From: an uncultured Phascolarctobacterium sp.
GTDB lineage: Bacteria; Bacillota; Negativicutes; Acidaminococcales; Acidaminococcaceae
DNA: 64,000 nucleotides
NCBI GenBank assembly: GCA_947629685.1
Contig: CANREP010000001.1
Span: 113,958-177,957, forward strand
Direction of reading: 5' to 3'
The first letter of the stretch is position 1. Each line of letters starts with the position of its first letter. Below are positions 63,229-64,000 of the stretch, one piece after another. The notes below the pieces were generated by a model, which was given only the letters and a program-made list of their open reading frames with translations, did not search any database and was not told the origin of the DNA. A program made the translations under genes and the position numbers.

Positions 63229-63825
63229 TTATACGGTGCCGTCCTCCAGGATACCCAGTTTTCTGCGCCAGTAACGGGAATAAACCGCTCCGGCAGGATT
63301 GTTGGCCAATACCCTGTCTTTGGTAATCAGACTGGAAACAGGCGCTTCAGAAGCTTTGGTAAAAATCATATCGTGTCCCACGCACAGGCCCACAATAAAA
63401 TTCATCTCCGTATGCGCTTCGTTGAGGAGCTGCGCCTGCATTTTAGGATTGCACATCGCTTCGCGCTGCCCCGGTTTGATTTTTTCCAGTTCCAGTACGT
63501 CTTTATCGATGGAACAATTTTTGCAGCAGACAGAATCAACCGTCAGACCTGCATTTTTAAAATACTGGGCGCAGAACTTCGCTTCATTGGCCAGTCCGAT
63601 GCAGAAAGCAATGCCTATCTTCTTTACGCCTAACTGCTGCAGGAAGAACAGGCTCTCTTCCAGCCTCGTCATTTTCAGATAATTACGGCTCTCAGTAGCC
63701 GCCGCGGCTTTCATAATGGCCTTATCTTCTTCGTCATACAAGGCCACCGCCTCTTGCTCGCTGTAACGCGTGCAGTTCTGACCTTTGACATAACAGTTAT
63801 GATGTTTGCAGAAAGCGCAATTCAT
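63229..63825 (-). CDS. DUF1847 domain-containing Cys-rich (metal-binding) protein
   Basis: 198 aa with an N-terminal CAFCKHHNCYVKGQNC cluster and ...IVGLCVGHD....S..PV..L..KD, as I recall for DUF1847. Confidence 0.6.
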   Translation of the reverse strand: MNCAFCKHHNCYVKGQNCTRYSEQEAVALYDEEDKAIMKAAAATESRNYLKMTRLEESLFFLQQLGVKKIGIAFCIGLANEAKFCAQYFKNAGLTVDSVCCKNCSIDKDVLELEKIKPGQREAMCNPKMQAQLLNEAHTEMNFIVGLCVGHDMIFTKASEAPVSSLITKDRVLANNPAGAVYSRYWRRKLGILEDGTV

Positions 63826-63860
63826 AAAATTACCCCCTTTTATCTACAGCGTTTTAAATA

Positions 63861-63881
63861 ACTGTCAGATATCTTGACAGT
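63861..63881. promoter_or_regulatory. 7-bp inverted repeat with a 7-nt spacer upstream of the DUF1847 gene
   Basis: ACTGTCA-GATATCT-TGACAGT, 36-56 nt upstream of the start codon at 63825. Confidence 0.4.
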
Positions 63882-64000
63882 ATATGTATTCTGCGGCGGC
63901 GAAAATTTTCCTGCTGCATTTCCTGTACCCTATCGGGTGAAAAACTGGTAATAATCAGCAATATATGATATTATATTTAAGTTAAGATATATTTTTAATG

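Noticed and set aside
1-64000. Scan for CRISPR arrays, tRNA/rRNA genes, IS elements, integrases, prophage genes, toxin-antitoxin pairs and known defence-system signatures.
   Set aside because: No spaced direct-repeat array, no tRNA-like TPsiC arm (GGTTCGAATCC type), no transposase, recombinase, reverse-transcriptase or nuclease-helicase ORFs, and no abrupt compositional island were seen. The window looks like core chromosome.

Overview
This is a 64-kb chromosomal segment of a Bacillota (Firmicutes)-type genome. A Negativicutes-like origin is only a guess from gene content. It carries about 73 protein-coding genes, roughly 80% on the minus strand. I found no rRNA, tRNA, CRISPR array, transposase, integrase, phage gene or recognisable defence gene, so it reads as core chromosome rather than an accessory island. 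The left 13 kb reproduces the B. subtilis ywk/ywl-atp neighbourhood on the minus strand: rpmE, DUF1385, prfA, prmC, tsaC(ywlC), rpiB(ywlF), ywlG, glyA, upp, comEB, tagO-like, mnaA, atpZ-I-B-E-F-H-A. After that come, in order: a CIRCE-controlled hsp20; a purine permease; a LysR-flanked acyl-CoA operon (CoA-transferase, B12-domain-less mutase, PrpD-family protein, thioesterase); a sulfite-reductase-like plus [FeFe]-hydrogenase-like pair; a nitrogen operon (type III glutamine synthetase, Amt-PII fusion); a ComG-like pseudopilus operon; S-box-controlled metNIQ; ppa; TetR plus korDABC; purC; a znuACB-PHP operon; an M20 amidohydrolase and a HAD hydrolase; a COG2984-type ABC transporter; a DhaLK-LsrF-VOC-SorC module; and RocB-like and DUF1847 genes. 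The observations most worth a second look are listed here. (1) A 43-bp cluster of four DnaA boxes sits at the hsp20 promoter. (2) atpH encodes only the C-terminal half of delta and has no stop before atpA. (3) A terminator/antiterminator leader precedes glnN, and Amt and P-II are fused. (4) The DhaKL/LsrF/VOC/SorC module looks like a kinase-swapped lsr-type pathway. (5) The acyl-CoA operon contains a mutase with no B12-binding partner. (6) The SiR-like/[FeFe]-hydrogenase pair is unexplained. (7) Two genes are split by single-base frameshifts in short G/C runs, which also warns that the assembly may contain indel errors. No complete, clearly novel system can be demonstrated from sequence alone, and all functional proposals are flagged as inference.
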